A DNA stretch of 64,000 nt from Acutalibacteraceae bacterium (GCA_045650165.1 JAZRQW010000024.1:25661-89660); one strand, 5' to 3'; positions 26,669-36,221 are shown, counted from the first letter of the stretch. Numbers and translations are program-made. Notes: generated by a model from the sequence alone, not told the origin.

Positions 26669-27766
26669 TTACCACTTGTTCTCTACGTATTCACAGAATG
26701 CGTACATATCCTTGATTTCAATTTTTGTACCGTCGTCAAGGGTTACGTCACCGTTCCAGATGCCATGTACCTGATGTGTGTGCATTCTTGCAACACCAAC
26801 GTTCATATCCGTGTGGTGATCAAATGTCGGCTTCATTGTCATATTGAATCTGCCGTCCTCGGAAACGAATTTCCATTCGTCCATAAACTTGTCAGGCTTC
26901 GGGAAAACCTCAACGTCAACTGCGCCGAACTTGTGTGCCTTGCCATCATAGAAAAGGCAGGTTTCCGTGGCGTTGCTCTCATCGCCGATTGCCCAGGTGA
27001 TTTCAAAGCCGAAAAGGTGCTTTTCGCCATTTTCGTCGGTTATGTAGCTTGAGCCGTTACCCCAGTACCATACCATTTTGTGCGGAGTATTTACTCGGCC
27101 CCAGTCAAGAGCACAGAAGGAGTTTTCTTTGGCGAATTTCCACTCTTCGCCGTCAATCTTGAATGTACCTTCGCAGGGCATACAGTTCTGCTTTGTGGTC
27201 ATAAAGTACTTTGTCTTGTCGCCTTCAAAGGGGAGAACAGTTGTGATGTTTTCAAGGTCCGGCATAATATCCATTGTGAATTTACATTCGACTGTTTTGC
27301 CGTCTTTGAGCATTTTGAACCAAAGCGTTCTTGTGTTTTCCTTTGTGTCAAAGTCAAATTCAGCCTTGCCGATTTTGTATCCGAAGCGGTTGGGGACATC
27401 GCCCTTTGCAGGCGGAATGTATTTATCCTTACCGCCGAGGAAAAGCTGTGTAGAGTCCATTATCAACTTGCCATTGACAAGGTCAATCAGCTTTGCGGCG
27501 ACGAAGCCGCCGACGTTGATGTTGGCAAAATTAATCTGCACCATGTACTTGCCGTCGGAAACCTGATAGAAGTCCCACTCTTTACGGCTCATAAGTTTTG
27601 CCTTTACAAGGTTGCGGTCGTAATCAAAAACGTTCTTTCTTGCCCAGCCCTTTGCCTGTAAAGTGCCATCTGCAGCAAGGAGAGGTGTGTTTTTTGTATA
27701 TTCTGTCTGCTTGGATTTGTTTTTCCATTCTCTGAAGCTTTTATAGGTTCTCGGTGTTTCAGCCAT
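26669..27766 (-). CDS. DUF2804-like protein (cytoplasmic, function unknown)
   Basis: 365 aa from ATG 27766, preceded by AAAGGAGAG. LDWGRVNTPHKMVWYWGNGS resembles the DUF2804 DWGRG..W.W signature. The 55-codon upstream extension in the ORF track has no RBS. Confidence 0.65.
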   Translation of the reverse strand: MAETPRTYKSFREWKNKSKQTEYTKNTPLLAADGTLQAKGWARKNVFDYDRNLVKAKLMSRKEWDFYQVSDGKYMVQINFANINVGGFVAAKLIDLVNGKLIMDSTQLFLGGKDKYIPPAKGDVPNRFGYKIGKAEFDFDTKENTRTLWFKMLKDGKTVECKFTMDIMPDLENITTVLPFEGDKTKYFMTTKQNCMPCEGTFKIDGEEWKFAKENSFCALDWGRVNTPHKMVWYWGNGSSYITDENGEKHLFGFEITWAIGDESNATETCLFYDGKAHKFGAVDVEVFPKPDKFMDEWKFVSEDGRFNMTMKPTFDHHTDMNVGVARMHTHQVHGIWNGDVTLDDGTKIEIKDMYAFCEYVENKW

Positions 27767-27920
27767 TGTAAATCTCTCCTTTGATATTGGTGAGTTGATT
27801 TTTTTACATTGTAACAGATATGGTATGTAAATTTCAATATTATTCTTTAAATAACCTTGAAAGATTTTATGATAAATGCTATACTTCAACCGATAAAACC
27901 TTATAAGAAAGAGTATTTGT

Positions 27921-29668
27921 ATGAAAATCATCCTTTCTCTAATTCAGGCAATTTTGCTTGTTGTTTCCTCTTTTGCCGTTCCGGATTCAAACTTCAAAGT
28001 CTGGGTTGACCGTGCGGCAATGGACATAACTTCAACATCGGATTTTTCCTTTGCTTCACTCGAGGCAGGTGAGCTTGCTGTATCGGATGCGGAAAAGAAG
28101 CTTTGTCCACTGGTAAAAAGGCGGATATTTATTTCAGCAACGGTTCTTTCTGCGAGGCGGATGATTTCGAAACTTTTAAATCTGAACTCAGCTTTCTTCC
28201 TGCAGTTTTTACAGCCAACGGCGGCAGAACGGAATCCTTCCTTCCGTATTTCAATATTCACGGTAAAGACTGCGGTGTAGTTCTGGCAGTAGGCTGGTCG
28301 GGTCAGTGGTACACTTCACTTGCACAGACCTTTGCCGGAACAACCGTCAAGGCAAAACAGCAGACACTCAAGGGCTATCTTCTTCCCGGAGAGGAGTTCC
28401 GCTCACCCCTTATTTCACTTACGTTTTACGATTCCGATAACGCATTGAAAGGCTTTAATGTTTTCAGACAGTTTACAATTGATTGCGTTTATCCCGAGGG
28501 TACAAAGCAGGTTGCAACAACGGGTATAGGTGTCGAGGTTCCCGGTGTAACTGAAGAACAGGTAATTCAGAACATAAAGAATATTCCCGAGGAGAGGACT
28601 TATTATCTCGATTACGCCTGGGTTGATGCCGGCTGGTATTCCATCAGAAACAGCTGGAGTGACAGCGTGGGCAACTGGTACGCAGACCCCGAACGCTTCC
28701 CGAACGGTCTTGGTGAGATATCAAAGCGGCTTAATGAGAGAGGACTTGGTCTGCTTCTCTGGTATGAGGTTGAACGCTGCTGTAAGGATACGGTAGTTTA
28801 TAATGAATGCATAAAGCACGATGGCTGGCTTATTGTAAATGAAGACAATGATGAGGCGAATGTCGTAAACTTTGCAAATGAAGGTGCCTTTAATTATATT
28901 ACGGATTTTATGCTTGAATCCCTTCGCTACAACGGAGTAAATTGCTTGCGTATGGACAGCAATTTCACACCGCTTCCCCTTTGGGAGCAGGTTGATAATG
29001 ACAGGGGAGACGGCAGAAAAGGTGTAACGGAAAACCTTTATTTATCAAACCTTTATCGCTTCTTTGATACGCTGCTTGAAGAAATTCCCGGTCTTACAAT
29101 TGATAACTGTGCTTCGGGCGGTAAGCGTCTTGATATTGAAATGTGCCGCAGAGGCATACCGCTTTGGAGAACGGACTACAACTGTATGGACGGTGAGGGT
29201 AACTCAAAGCCCGACATTTTACAGGCAACTCAGGCACATACCTACGGCATATCCTTCTGGCTGCCCTATAACGGTACCTGTGCCTATATTGAGGGTGAGT
29301 ACGCAACCCGTACAAATATTATTTCCTGCTCACAGCGCCTTGAATATTTTGATATAAGACCGCATATGGTGGGTAACTACAATCCGCTTACCTTTGGCGG
29401 AACGGATACCTCAAAATACCATGCAATGCAGTTTGATACCGATGCAACATCGGGTATGGCACTCATATATAAGCGTGAAAACGTAAGCGATAATACGTAC
29501 ACTTTAAAGCTCAATGGTCTTGACGGTGACACCGTATATAAGCTTTACGATTACGATAAACCTGAAGAAGTTTTTGAAATGACGGGTGAAAAGCTTATGA
29601 GCGAAGGTGTTGAACTTACAATAAGCGATACGCCAAAGGCTGTTATTATGCTGTATTCTGCCAAGTAA
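27921..29668 (+). pseudogene. GH36-like (clan GH-D) alpha-galactosidase-type gene, interrupted by a -1 frame change near the A5 run at 28114-28118
   Basis: ORF 27921-28280 (N-terminal hydrophobic segment plus about 60 aa) continues into ORF 28103-29668 in another frame. Motifs VDAGWY, LRMDSN (K/R-x-D-x-N), DNCASGGKRLD and LWRTDYN match GH36 catalytic-domain landmarks. The downstream frame is open only from 28073. Confidence 0.6.
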
Positions 29669-29684
29669 CAGGAGGTTAGGACCA

Positions 29685-32021
29685 ATGATTAAAAACGCAA
29701 AGGATGCAGGTGCGGACAACTTTACTCCGTCCGTTCCGCAGTATTTTTCCTGGATTAACAACACAAATGAGGGCTCAACCGAAGAGCATACCCTTGTAAA
29801 TCTGGACTTTTTCAGATACCTCAAGGATACCTACGGTATGAGTATAAAAATATACGCATGGGATGCCGGCAATTTCGACGGCGCAAGCGAGGGTTACGGC
29901 GACGTGAACGGTGAAAAATTCCGTTCGCAGTACCCTGAGGGCTATAAGAAAATCGTAGAAAAAGCAAGAGAGCAGGGGATACGCCTCGGTCTTTGGGGTA
30001 GCCCCGACGGCTACGGTGATACCGAAGAAACCCAACAGGAACGCTTTGATTTCTTTGTTCACCTTTGCAAAGACTATAAGTTCGGTCTTTTTAAGCTCGA
30101 CGGTGTCTGCGGTCACTTGCGCCCCGAAAAAGCAGGCGTTTTTGCGGATATGCTTAAGGAATGCCGTAAATATTCTCCCGACCTTATTGTTCTCAACCAT
30201 CGCCTTGAGTTTTACGAGGCGGAAAAACATATCACAACCTACCTCTGGAATGGTACGGAAACCTATGTCGATATCCTCTCCTGCAACAGCAATACTGCTA
30301 TGCACCACAGGGGCTTTATGTTTGAAAGAGGTCACACGGATAATCTCGAGCGACTTGCCGAGGATCACGGCGTTTGTATTTCCTCGAATATTGACTATTT
30401 TGAAGATGAACTGATTTATCAGGCGTTTAACCGTTCGCTGATTCTTGCACCCGAAATTTACGGCAATCCGTGGCTTATGCGTGACGATGAGCTGCCTAAA
30501 CTTGCTAGGGTTTACAATCTCCACGGCAGAAATGCACAGATTCTTGTGAACGGTATGCTTCTGCCCGAGCATTTCGGCGACAATGCCTGTGCCAGAGGCA
30601 GCAAAACAAAACGCTTTATTTCAACAGGTAATAATTCGTGGAAAACAAAGAAAGTTACGTTTACTCTCGGTGAAGAAATAGGCCTCGATACGGACAGGAC
30701 AGTTCAGGTAAATATTCACCACCCGTACGAGGAGTATCTCGGTGAGTATAAGGCAGGGGACAAGGTTGAAATCGAACTGATGCCTTTCAGAGCGGCTCTT
30801 ATTGAGGTCAGCGTTGTTGATGAGGCCGAGCCTATGCTCGCAAACTGCAAGTATGAAATAGTCAAGGAAGACCAAAACGGTTTGCCTGTTGAGGTTAAAA
30901 TTCTCACCTGCGACGGCAATGATATAACGCTGATAAATAAAGGCGTTGAAACATTTTTTATGCACGGCGAAAAGTGCGACACAGCAGAGAAAGCACCCGT
31001 TTATCTCGGCGAACTCAGCAACAGTGAAAGAAACCCCGAAAACGGCGAAGAGCTTTATGAAACGGCAATGTACAGCATTTCCAATGATGCACTTGAAGCA
31101 CGCAGTATTCTGCGCTCGGGTGAAACAAAAATTCCCGAGGTGCAAAAGGCGAGAGATGCGTTTTTCGGTCAGCTGCATTATCAGCTTCGCGGCTGCGAAG
31201 CAAAAAATATGTTTGACGGCAAGCCCGATACCTTCTATGATTCACAGAGCAAAACCTACTGCGACAATAACCTCAGAATTGACAACGGTTGTCTTCGCGT
31301 GGATTTCGGCAAAGAGGTTGACTGCGACAGCGTTGAAATTGAATTTTTCAGTGGTGATTACCCGACAAGAGAGGTTGCCGTGCAGAATCTTCCTCTTGTT
31401 GCCGAATATTCCTGCAACCTGAAAGAATGGAATGCATCATCGCTTGTTGAAACAAGTGTTGCAGACGATGATTTTACCGCAACTGTAATAAAATTCACAG
31501 CACACACTCTCTATGATTTGCACGGTAAAAAGATAGTTTCAAGCTACAAAATAAACGATAAAATGCGCTATCTCCGCGTTGAAAATCCCGTTGACCGAAT
31601 CTATGCCGTAAGGCTTATCAAGGACGGCAAAGAGGTAAAAACACAGGTTGCCTGTGCCAATAATATGCAGGCGCATTACCGCCACAAGAAGATAAATCTT
31701 GTAAAGAGCGGCGAATTTACTCTGCCTGAATATAAGAGCGGTGCAAAACTCACCGTTGCCGTTAACGGCGTGCACGGAGAGGAATGTGTTTACTGTGTTG
31801 CAAAATTAAGCGGTAAGCTCTTCGGCTTCCCCGAGCGTGCGCCCGATTATAAGGCGAACCAGTGGGAGCATATGGTTTGCAGCTCGGATGAAAATAACAC
31901 CTTCTTCCTTGAATTACCTGACGGTATGACAGGAGAAACGGTTAAAATTTCTGCTCTGTTTACCAACCGCTGGAAGGGCGAAAAGGCAAAGTGCGATATC
32001 TATATTTGTGAAAAGCATTAA
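29685..32021 (+). CDS. uncharacterised 778-aa cytoplasmic protein: putative glycosidase-like N-terminal domain plus discoidin/galactose-binding-like domain
   Basis: Strong RBS AGGAGG and no signal peptide. N-terminal half has weak GH-D-like landmarks (YAWDAGNFDG, FGLFKLDG). The region MFDGKPDTFYDSQ...LRVDFGKEVDCDSVEIEFF resembles F5/8 type C (CBM32-like) domains. Coding call is confident, function is not. Confidence 0.6.
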   Translation: MIKNAKDAGADNFTPSVPQYFSWINNTNEGSTEEHTLVNLDFFRYLKDTYGMSIKIYAWDAGNFDGASEGYGDVNGEKFRSQYPEGYKKIVEKAREQGIRLGLWGSPDGYGDTEETQQERFDFFVHLCKDYKFGLFKLDGVCGHLRPEKAGVFADMLKECRKYSPDLIVLNHRLEFYEAEKHITTYLWNGTETYVDILSCNSNTAMHHRGFMFERGHTDNLERLAEDHGVCISSNIDYFEDELIYQAFNRSLILAPEIYGNPWLMRDDELPKLARVYNLHGRNAQILVNGMLLPEHFGDNACARGSKTKRFISTGNNSWKTKKVTFTLGEEIGLDTDRTVQVNIHHPYEEYLGEYKAGDKVEIELMPFRAALIEVSVVDEAEPMLANCKYEIVKEDQNGLPVEVKILTCDGNDITLINKGVETFFMHGEKCDTAEKAPVYLGELSNSERNPENGEELYETAMYSISNDALEARSILRSGETKIPEVQKARDAFFGQLHYQLRGCEAKNMFDGKPDTFYDSQSKTYCDNNLRIDNGCLRVDFGKEVDCDSVEIEFFSGDYPTREVAVQNLPLVAEYSCNLKEWNASSLVETSVADDDFTATVIKFTAHTLYDLHGKKIVSSYKINDKMRYLRVENPVDRIYAVRLIKDGKEVKTQVACANNMQAHYRHKKINLVKSGEFTLPEYKSGAKLTVAVNGVHGEECVYCVAKLSGKLFGFPERAPDYKANQWEHMVCSSDENNTFFLELPDGMTGETVKISALFTNRWKGEKAKCDIYICEKH

Positions 32022-32031
32022 ATAAAAGAGT

Positions 32032-32064
32032 ACAACCTCTCAATCTGATTGATCGAGAGGTTGT
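32032..32064. terminator. bidirectional terminator hairpin between the 778-aa gene and GH43
   Basis: 10-bp perfect stem ACAACCTCTC / GAGAGGTTGT. A/T-rich flanks on both sides. Confidence 0.6.
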
Positions 32065-32076
32065 TTGCTTGTTGTG

Positions 32077-33078
32077 TTACCAAAGCCACGGTTTGCCGAA
32101 AACAAATTGCACGGGCTTTATGTAAGTAATACGGGGCGACTCAAAAAACGCTTCTGTTCTTGTGGCGTGATAGACCATAAATATTTCACCGTTTTCCCTG
32201 TACAGGAAGGAACAATGGCCTGCACTGTAAATGCTCTTTTGTGGTTGGTGGTAGTGAACTCTCACGGGGCTTTTTGACCAATGTCTTGCGTTCATCGGGT
32301 CGTCGCCTTTAAGGGCGAGCATACCCATACAATAATCACCCGAGCTGTAACCGCTTGCGGAATAGACAATGTATGTATCATTTCCGTTGTAAAGTACGGC
32401 AGGGCCTTCATTAACACGCCAGCCCTTCTTTTCCCAACTGTATTCAGGTTTCGAAAGCATAACGCTTTGTGTGTCGGGTTTGAGCGTGTACGGGTTTTCC
32501 ATTTCGCTGATGTATATACATTGTGTGCCTACGGCGTGGTAAGCGGAGCTGATGTAATAAAGTTTACCGCTCTTTTGCAGATATGTGCCGTCAATGTTGT
32601 TTAAGCCGTTTGGTGCAAGTATACCTTTGAACTCATAATCGCCGAAAATATCCTCGCTCTTGCTTTCAAGTACAAAACCGTAGCGGTAATAGTCGTCGTG
32701 TTCTTCCGCTGCGTTTCCGTCGGGCATTGCTCCTCTTTCAACAGCCACTTTGTCAAATACGGCACAGGAAATAATGTACCACCTGTCACCGATTTTGTGT
32801 ATTTCGGGCGCCCATATACTGTGTGCAATACCGTTGCTTCCTACCGTGTAAACTGTCTTTTCTTCAAGCACGGTTGTGTCGTTGAACGCGGCAATCTTTC
32901 TGATTGTCACGCCGCCGCCCGTTGTGTAGGTGTAATAGCAACCTGTTTTGTCTTCAACAATAAAAGGGTCACCGCCGTTGAATTCATCAATGGGTGTATC
33001 ATACGGCGTTGAGACAAGCCCGAGAAAAGCAAGAAGCGTTGAAAATATAACGGAAAAAGAAGCAATAACAGCAGACAT
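32077..33078 (-). CDS. secreted glycoside hydrolase family 43 protein
   Basis: N-terminal signal or anchor segment. GH43 landmarks DPFIV, WAPEIHKIGDRWYI and NEGPAVLY. 333 aa, a single 5-bladed propeller size. Confidence 0.85.
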   Translation of the reverse strand: MSAVIASFSVIFSTLLAFLGLVSTPYDTPIDEFNGGDPFIVEDKTGCYYTYTTGGGVTIRKIAAFNDTTVLEEKTVYTVGSNGIAHSIWAPEIHKIGDRWYIISCAVFDKVAVERGAMPDGNAAEEHDDYYRYGFVLESKSEDIFGDYEFKGILAPNGLNNIDGTYLQKSGKLYYISSAYHAVGTQCIYISEMENPYTLKPDTQSVMLSKPEYSWEKKGWRVNEGPAVLYNGNDTYIVYSASGYSSGDYCMGMLALKGDDPMNARHWSKSPVRVHYHQPQKSIYSAGHCSFLYRENGEIFMVYHATRTEAFFESPRITYIKPVQFVFGKPWLW

Positions 33079-33089
33079 AGCGTTACTCC

Positions 33090-34055
33090 TTATCGGTAGT
33101 TGTTAACTGTGTTAATGGGCTTTCCGTCAAGAAAAGCGAAGATGTTCTCTTTGAGTACGCCGAGCAGACGCTCTCTTGTTTCAAATGCTGCCCAGGCTAT
33201 GTGCGGTGTGATAATGCAGTTTTCACAGCCAAGCAGGGGATTATCGGCTTTAGGCGGTTCTGTTGAAAGTACATCAACACCTGCGCCTGCAATCTCACCG
33301 TTCTTAAGGGCGTATGCAACCGCTTCTTCGTCCAGCACAGGACCACGGGAAGTGTTTATCAGATATGCTGTTTTCTTCATCTTTTTGAGGAAATCCGCGT
33401 TTACCATACCCTCAGTTTTCTCTGTCAGCGGACAATGCAGACTTACCACGTCACTTCTTTCAAGAAGCTCATCAAGTGTCGTGAATTCAACGTTTTCAGC
33501 ATCTTTATACTTATCAGGATTGGCGGTGTAGGCAACTGTTTTCATACCGAAAGCGTGTGCGATATTTGCAACTGCCTGACCGATTTTGCCAAAGCCGATT
33601 ATACCCATAGCCTTGCCGAAAAGCTCCTGCAACGGAGCCTTCCAGAAGCAGAAATCCGCACAGTTGCTCCATTCACCGTTTTTGACTGCAGCGTTGTGCG
33701 TTGCAACCTTGTTTGTAAGCTCCAGCAAAAGGGCAAAGGTGAGTTGTGCAACGGCGGCTGTGCTGTAAGTGGGTATGTTGGAAACGGGAATTGAGCGTGT
33801 TGCCGCATATTCGTGGTCAACAATGTTGTAACCCGTGCTGAGCAGTGCGATGAATTTACAGTCAGGAAGCTGTGAAAGGGTTTCTTTTGTCAGCGGTGTT
33901 TTGTTTGTGATAACAATGTCGCATCCGTCACAGCGTTCGATGATTTTATCAGCGGGAGTTCTGTCATAAACTGTCAGCTCACACTTTTGCTCAAGCCACT
34001 TCCAATCTAAATCGCCGGGGTTGGTTGTATATCCGTCTAAAATAACAGCTTTCAT
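33090..34055 (-). CDS. D-isomer-specific 2-hydroxyacid dehydrogenase (glycerate dehydrogenase-like)
   Basis: NAD motif GIIGFGKIGQAV and catalytic region TPHIAWA. ATG 34055 preceded by GGAGGAAT. The longer ORF start at 34133 lacks an RBS. Confidence 0.85.
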   Translation of the reverse strand: MKAVILDGYTTNPGDLDWKWLEQKCELTVYDRTPADKIIERCDGCDIVITNKTPLTKETLSQLPDCKFIALLSTGYNIVDHEYAATRSIPVSNIPTYSTAAVAQLTFALLLELTNKVATHNAAVKNGEWSNCADFCFWKAPLQELFGKAMGIIGFGKIGQAVANIAHAFGMKTVAYTANPDKYKDAENVEFTTLDELLERSDVVSLHCPLTEKTEGMVNADFLKKMKKTAYLINTSRGPVLDEEAVAYALKNGEIAGAGVDVLSTEPPKADNPLLGCENCIITPHIAWAAFETRERLLGVLKENIFAFLDGKPINTVNNYR

Positions 34056-34150
34056 ATAAAAAATTCCTCCGTATTGGTTGACCTTACAGTAAAAATTATA
34101 TATAATTATACAGTATATGTCCCGAATTTGCAAATGTTTTTGAAAGGGCG

Positions 34151-34876
34151 GTGAGGCTCTGCTTGGAAAAGGTGTCTAAGCGCAATTCATATATGAATTT
34201 TGCAGGTTTCGGTCTGCTTATCCTGGCGGCAGTCTTTATTGTCCTTTGTGTTGTTTCCGCAAGCGAGGAAATACAGCGCTGGTATGCCGGATATGAGGAA
34301 ATGCTGTATAAACTCGATATGGCAATTCTCTCCGTTGGTACAGAGAGTTACATTGTTCTCATAATCCTCGGACTATATGCAATAAAGTGCTTCGTGCCAA
34401 TCGTTTCCGTTTCGGCGGTCTGCGTGCTTACCGGTATGGTTTTTCCCACAATTCCTGCTCTTATTGTCAATGCGGCAGGCGTGTTTTTTATGATGACTGT
34501 CAGATATAAAATCGGCCGCAATTACACGGGTGGCAGGGCAATGGGAATACTCGCAAAAAACGAGGTTTTCCGCCAGCTTTTCCGCTACCGGGGTGCAGGC
34601 AACGCCTGGCTGTTGTTTGTCTTCAGGCTGATACCCACTTTCCCGATAAATACCATCAGCCAGATTTACGGCTCGTTGAAATTCGACTATAAAAAATTCG
34701 CAATTATTTCCATGCTCGGATATGTACCGAAGCTTTTTTCCTATACATTCATCGGTGTGTATGTTTTCGATCCGTTGTCCGTAAAATTCTTTATGCCGAT
34801 TATCGTTTTGCTGATTATTTCTGGTATAACTGTGCTCGGCGTAAATGTGCTTATAAATTATCTTGAGAAAAACTGA
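34151..34876 (+). CDS. TVP38/TMEM64 (DedA-related) family membrane protein
   Basis: About 5-6 TM helices, with size and pattern typical of the VTT-domain family. Start uncertain (GTG 34151 or ATG 34193). Candidate promoter TTGACC-17-TATAAT at 34078-34106. Confidence 0.55.
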   Translation: MRLCLEKVSKRNSYMNFAGFGLLILAAVFIVLCVVSASEEIQRWYAGYEEMLYKLDMAILSVGTESYIVLIILGLYAIKCFVPIVSVSAVCVLTGMVFPTIPALIVNAAGVFFMMTVRYKIGRNYTGGRAMGILAKNEVFRQLFRYRGAGNAWLLFVFRLIPTFPINTISQIYGSLKFDYKKFAIISMLGYVPKLFSYTFIGVYVFDPLSVKFFMPIIVLLIISGITVLGVNVLINYLEKN

Positions 34877-34890
34877 AAGGATGATATATT

Positions 34891-36168
34891 ATGTTCAGCT
34901 TTGATACTGTTAAAAAAGGTCTTATGGGTGTTGATTTTGATTCAGCCCTTACAAATCTTTACGGTGCAGCCGCACCTGCCCAGAAGGAGCGCTATCTGCG
35001 TGTGCTCAATGCTTACGGCGAGCTTTACGGCACCAATGGCGAGGTAGGCGTTTTCTCTGCACCCGGCAGAAGCGAGGTCTGCGGTAACCACACAGACCAC
35101 AACCACGGCAAGGTGCTTGCTGCCGCAATTAACCTTGATGCCATAGCAGTTGCTGCAAAAAACAATAAGGATGTTATCCGCCTTAAGTCCGAAGGCTACG
35201 ATATGGATATGGTTGATATCACCGACCTCAATCCCAACAAGGCAGAATATTCCAAGTCAAAGGCACTCATTCGCGGTGTCTGTGCAGGTTTTGTTCAGAG
35301 AGGCTATGAAATCGGCGGCTTTGATGCTGCAACGGCAAATGATGTTCTTTCCGGTTCAGGTCTTTCTTCTTCTGCGGCTTTTGAGGTGCTTGTCGGTACA
35401 ATCCTCAACCACCTTTATAACGACGGCAAGGTTACGCCCGTTGAAATTGCACAGATTGCCCAGTACGCTGAAAATGAATTCTTCGGCAAGCCCTGCGGTC
35501 TGCTTGACCAGATGACTTGCTCTGTCGGCGGTTTTGTATTTATGGATTTCAGAGATCCCTCGAAGCCCTACATCAAACCCGTCAAGTTCGATTTCGAGTC
35601 CTGCGCTCACGCTCTGTGCATTGTAAATACAGGCGGCAGCCATTCAAATCTTACCGATGAATATGCGGCGGTAAAAAATGAAATGATAAGTGTAGCACAG
35701 CGTTTAGGTCACGACGTTCTGCGTGAGGTTGACGAGGCACAGTTCTATAACTCAATCGACCTTGTAAGAGATGTTGTAGGTGACAGAGCAATTCTTCGTG
35801 CAAAGCACTTCTTCAGCGAGAACAGACGTGTTGACGAGCAGGTAAAGGCTCTTGAATCCAAGCAGTTCGGCGAGTTCAAGAAGCTTGTTGTCAAGAGCGG
35901 TCAGTCATCCTATATGTATAACCAGAATGTCTATTCCGTAAAAGACCCTGTTTCACAGCCCGTTTCTCTCGGTCTGTGCCTTTGCGAGGAACTGCTTGAC
36001 GGTAAAGGCGCATGGCGTGTTCACGGCGGCGGCTTTGCAGGCACTATCCAGGCGTTTGTTCCCGTTGATATGCTCGCAGAGTTCAAGCGCAGAATGGAGC
36101 TTGTCTTCGGTGAAAAGAGTTGCTATGTTCTTTCAATCAGACCTGTCGGCGGCGTAAACGTAATCTAA
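34891..36168 (+). CDS. galK: galactokinase-family GHMP sugar kinase
   Basis: Galactokinase-signature-like GRSEVCGNHTDHNHG and GHMP motif GSGLSSSAAFEV. 425 aa. Confidence 0.8.
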   Translation: MFSFDTVKKGLMGVDFDSALTNLYGAAAPAQKERYLRVLNAYGELYGTNGEVGVFSAPGRSEVCGNHTDHNHGKVLAAAINLDAIAVAAKNNKDVIRLKSEGYDMDMVDITDLNPNKAEYSKSKALIRGVCAGFVQRGYEIGGFDAATANDVLSGSGLSSSAAFEVLVGTILNHLYNDGKVTPVEIAQIAQYAENEFFGKPCGLLDQMTCSVGGFVFMDFRDPSKPYIKPVKFDFESCAHALCIVNTGGSHSNLTDEYAAVKNEMISVAQRLGHDVLREVDEAQFYNSIDLVRDVVGDRAILRAKHFFSENRRVDEQVKALESKQFGEFKKLVVKSGQSSYMYNQNVYSVKDPVSQPVSLGLCLCEELLDGKGAWRVHGGGFAGTIQAFVPVDMLAEFKRRMELVFGEKSCYVLSIRPVGGVNVI

Positions 36169-36175
36169 ATCAAAT

Positions 36176-36198
36176 GGGCGGAATATCCGCCCTTTTTA
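36176..36198 (+). terminator. intrinsic terminator after galK
   Basis: GGGCGG-AATAT-CCGCCC followed by TTTTTAT. Confidence 0.6.
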
Positions 36199-36221
36199 TC
36201 GTTTTTATCAGGAGAATTTAT

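Noticed and set aside
27767-27920. Possible catabolite-responsive element (cre) in the DUF2804 / GH36-like divergent region (TGTAACAGATATGG, TGAAAGATTTTATGA).
   Set aside because: Neither sequence keeps the central CG or the palindromic arms of the TGWAANCGNTNWCA consensus.
34056-34133. N-terminal extensions in the ORF track: dehydrogenase 34133, M42 36120, nusB 50862, DUF2804 27931, TAXI 22108, ruvC 63395, xseB 53488.
   Set aside because: In each case an internal ATG has a canonical RBS and yields the family-typical N-terminus. The extensions run through promoters, terminators or the preceding gene.
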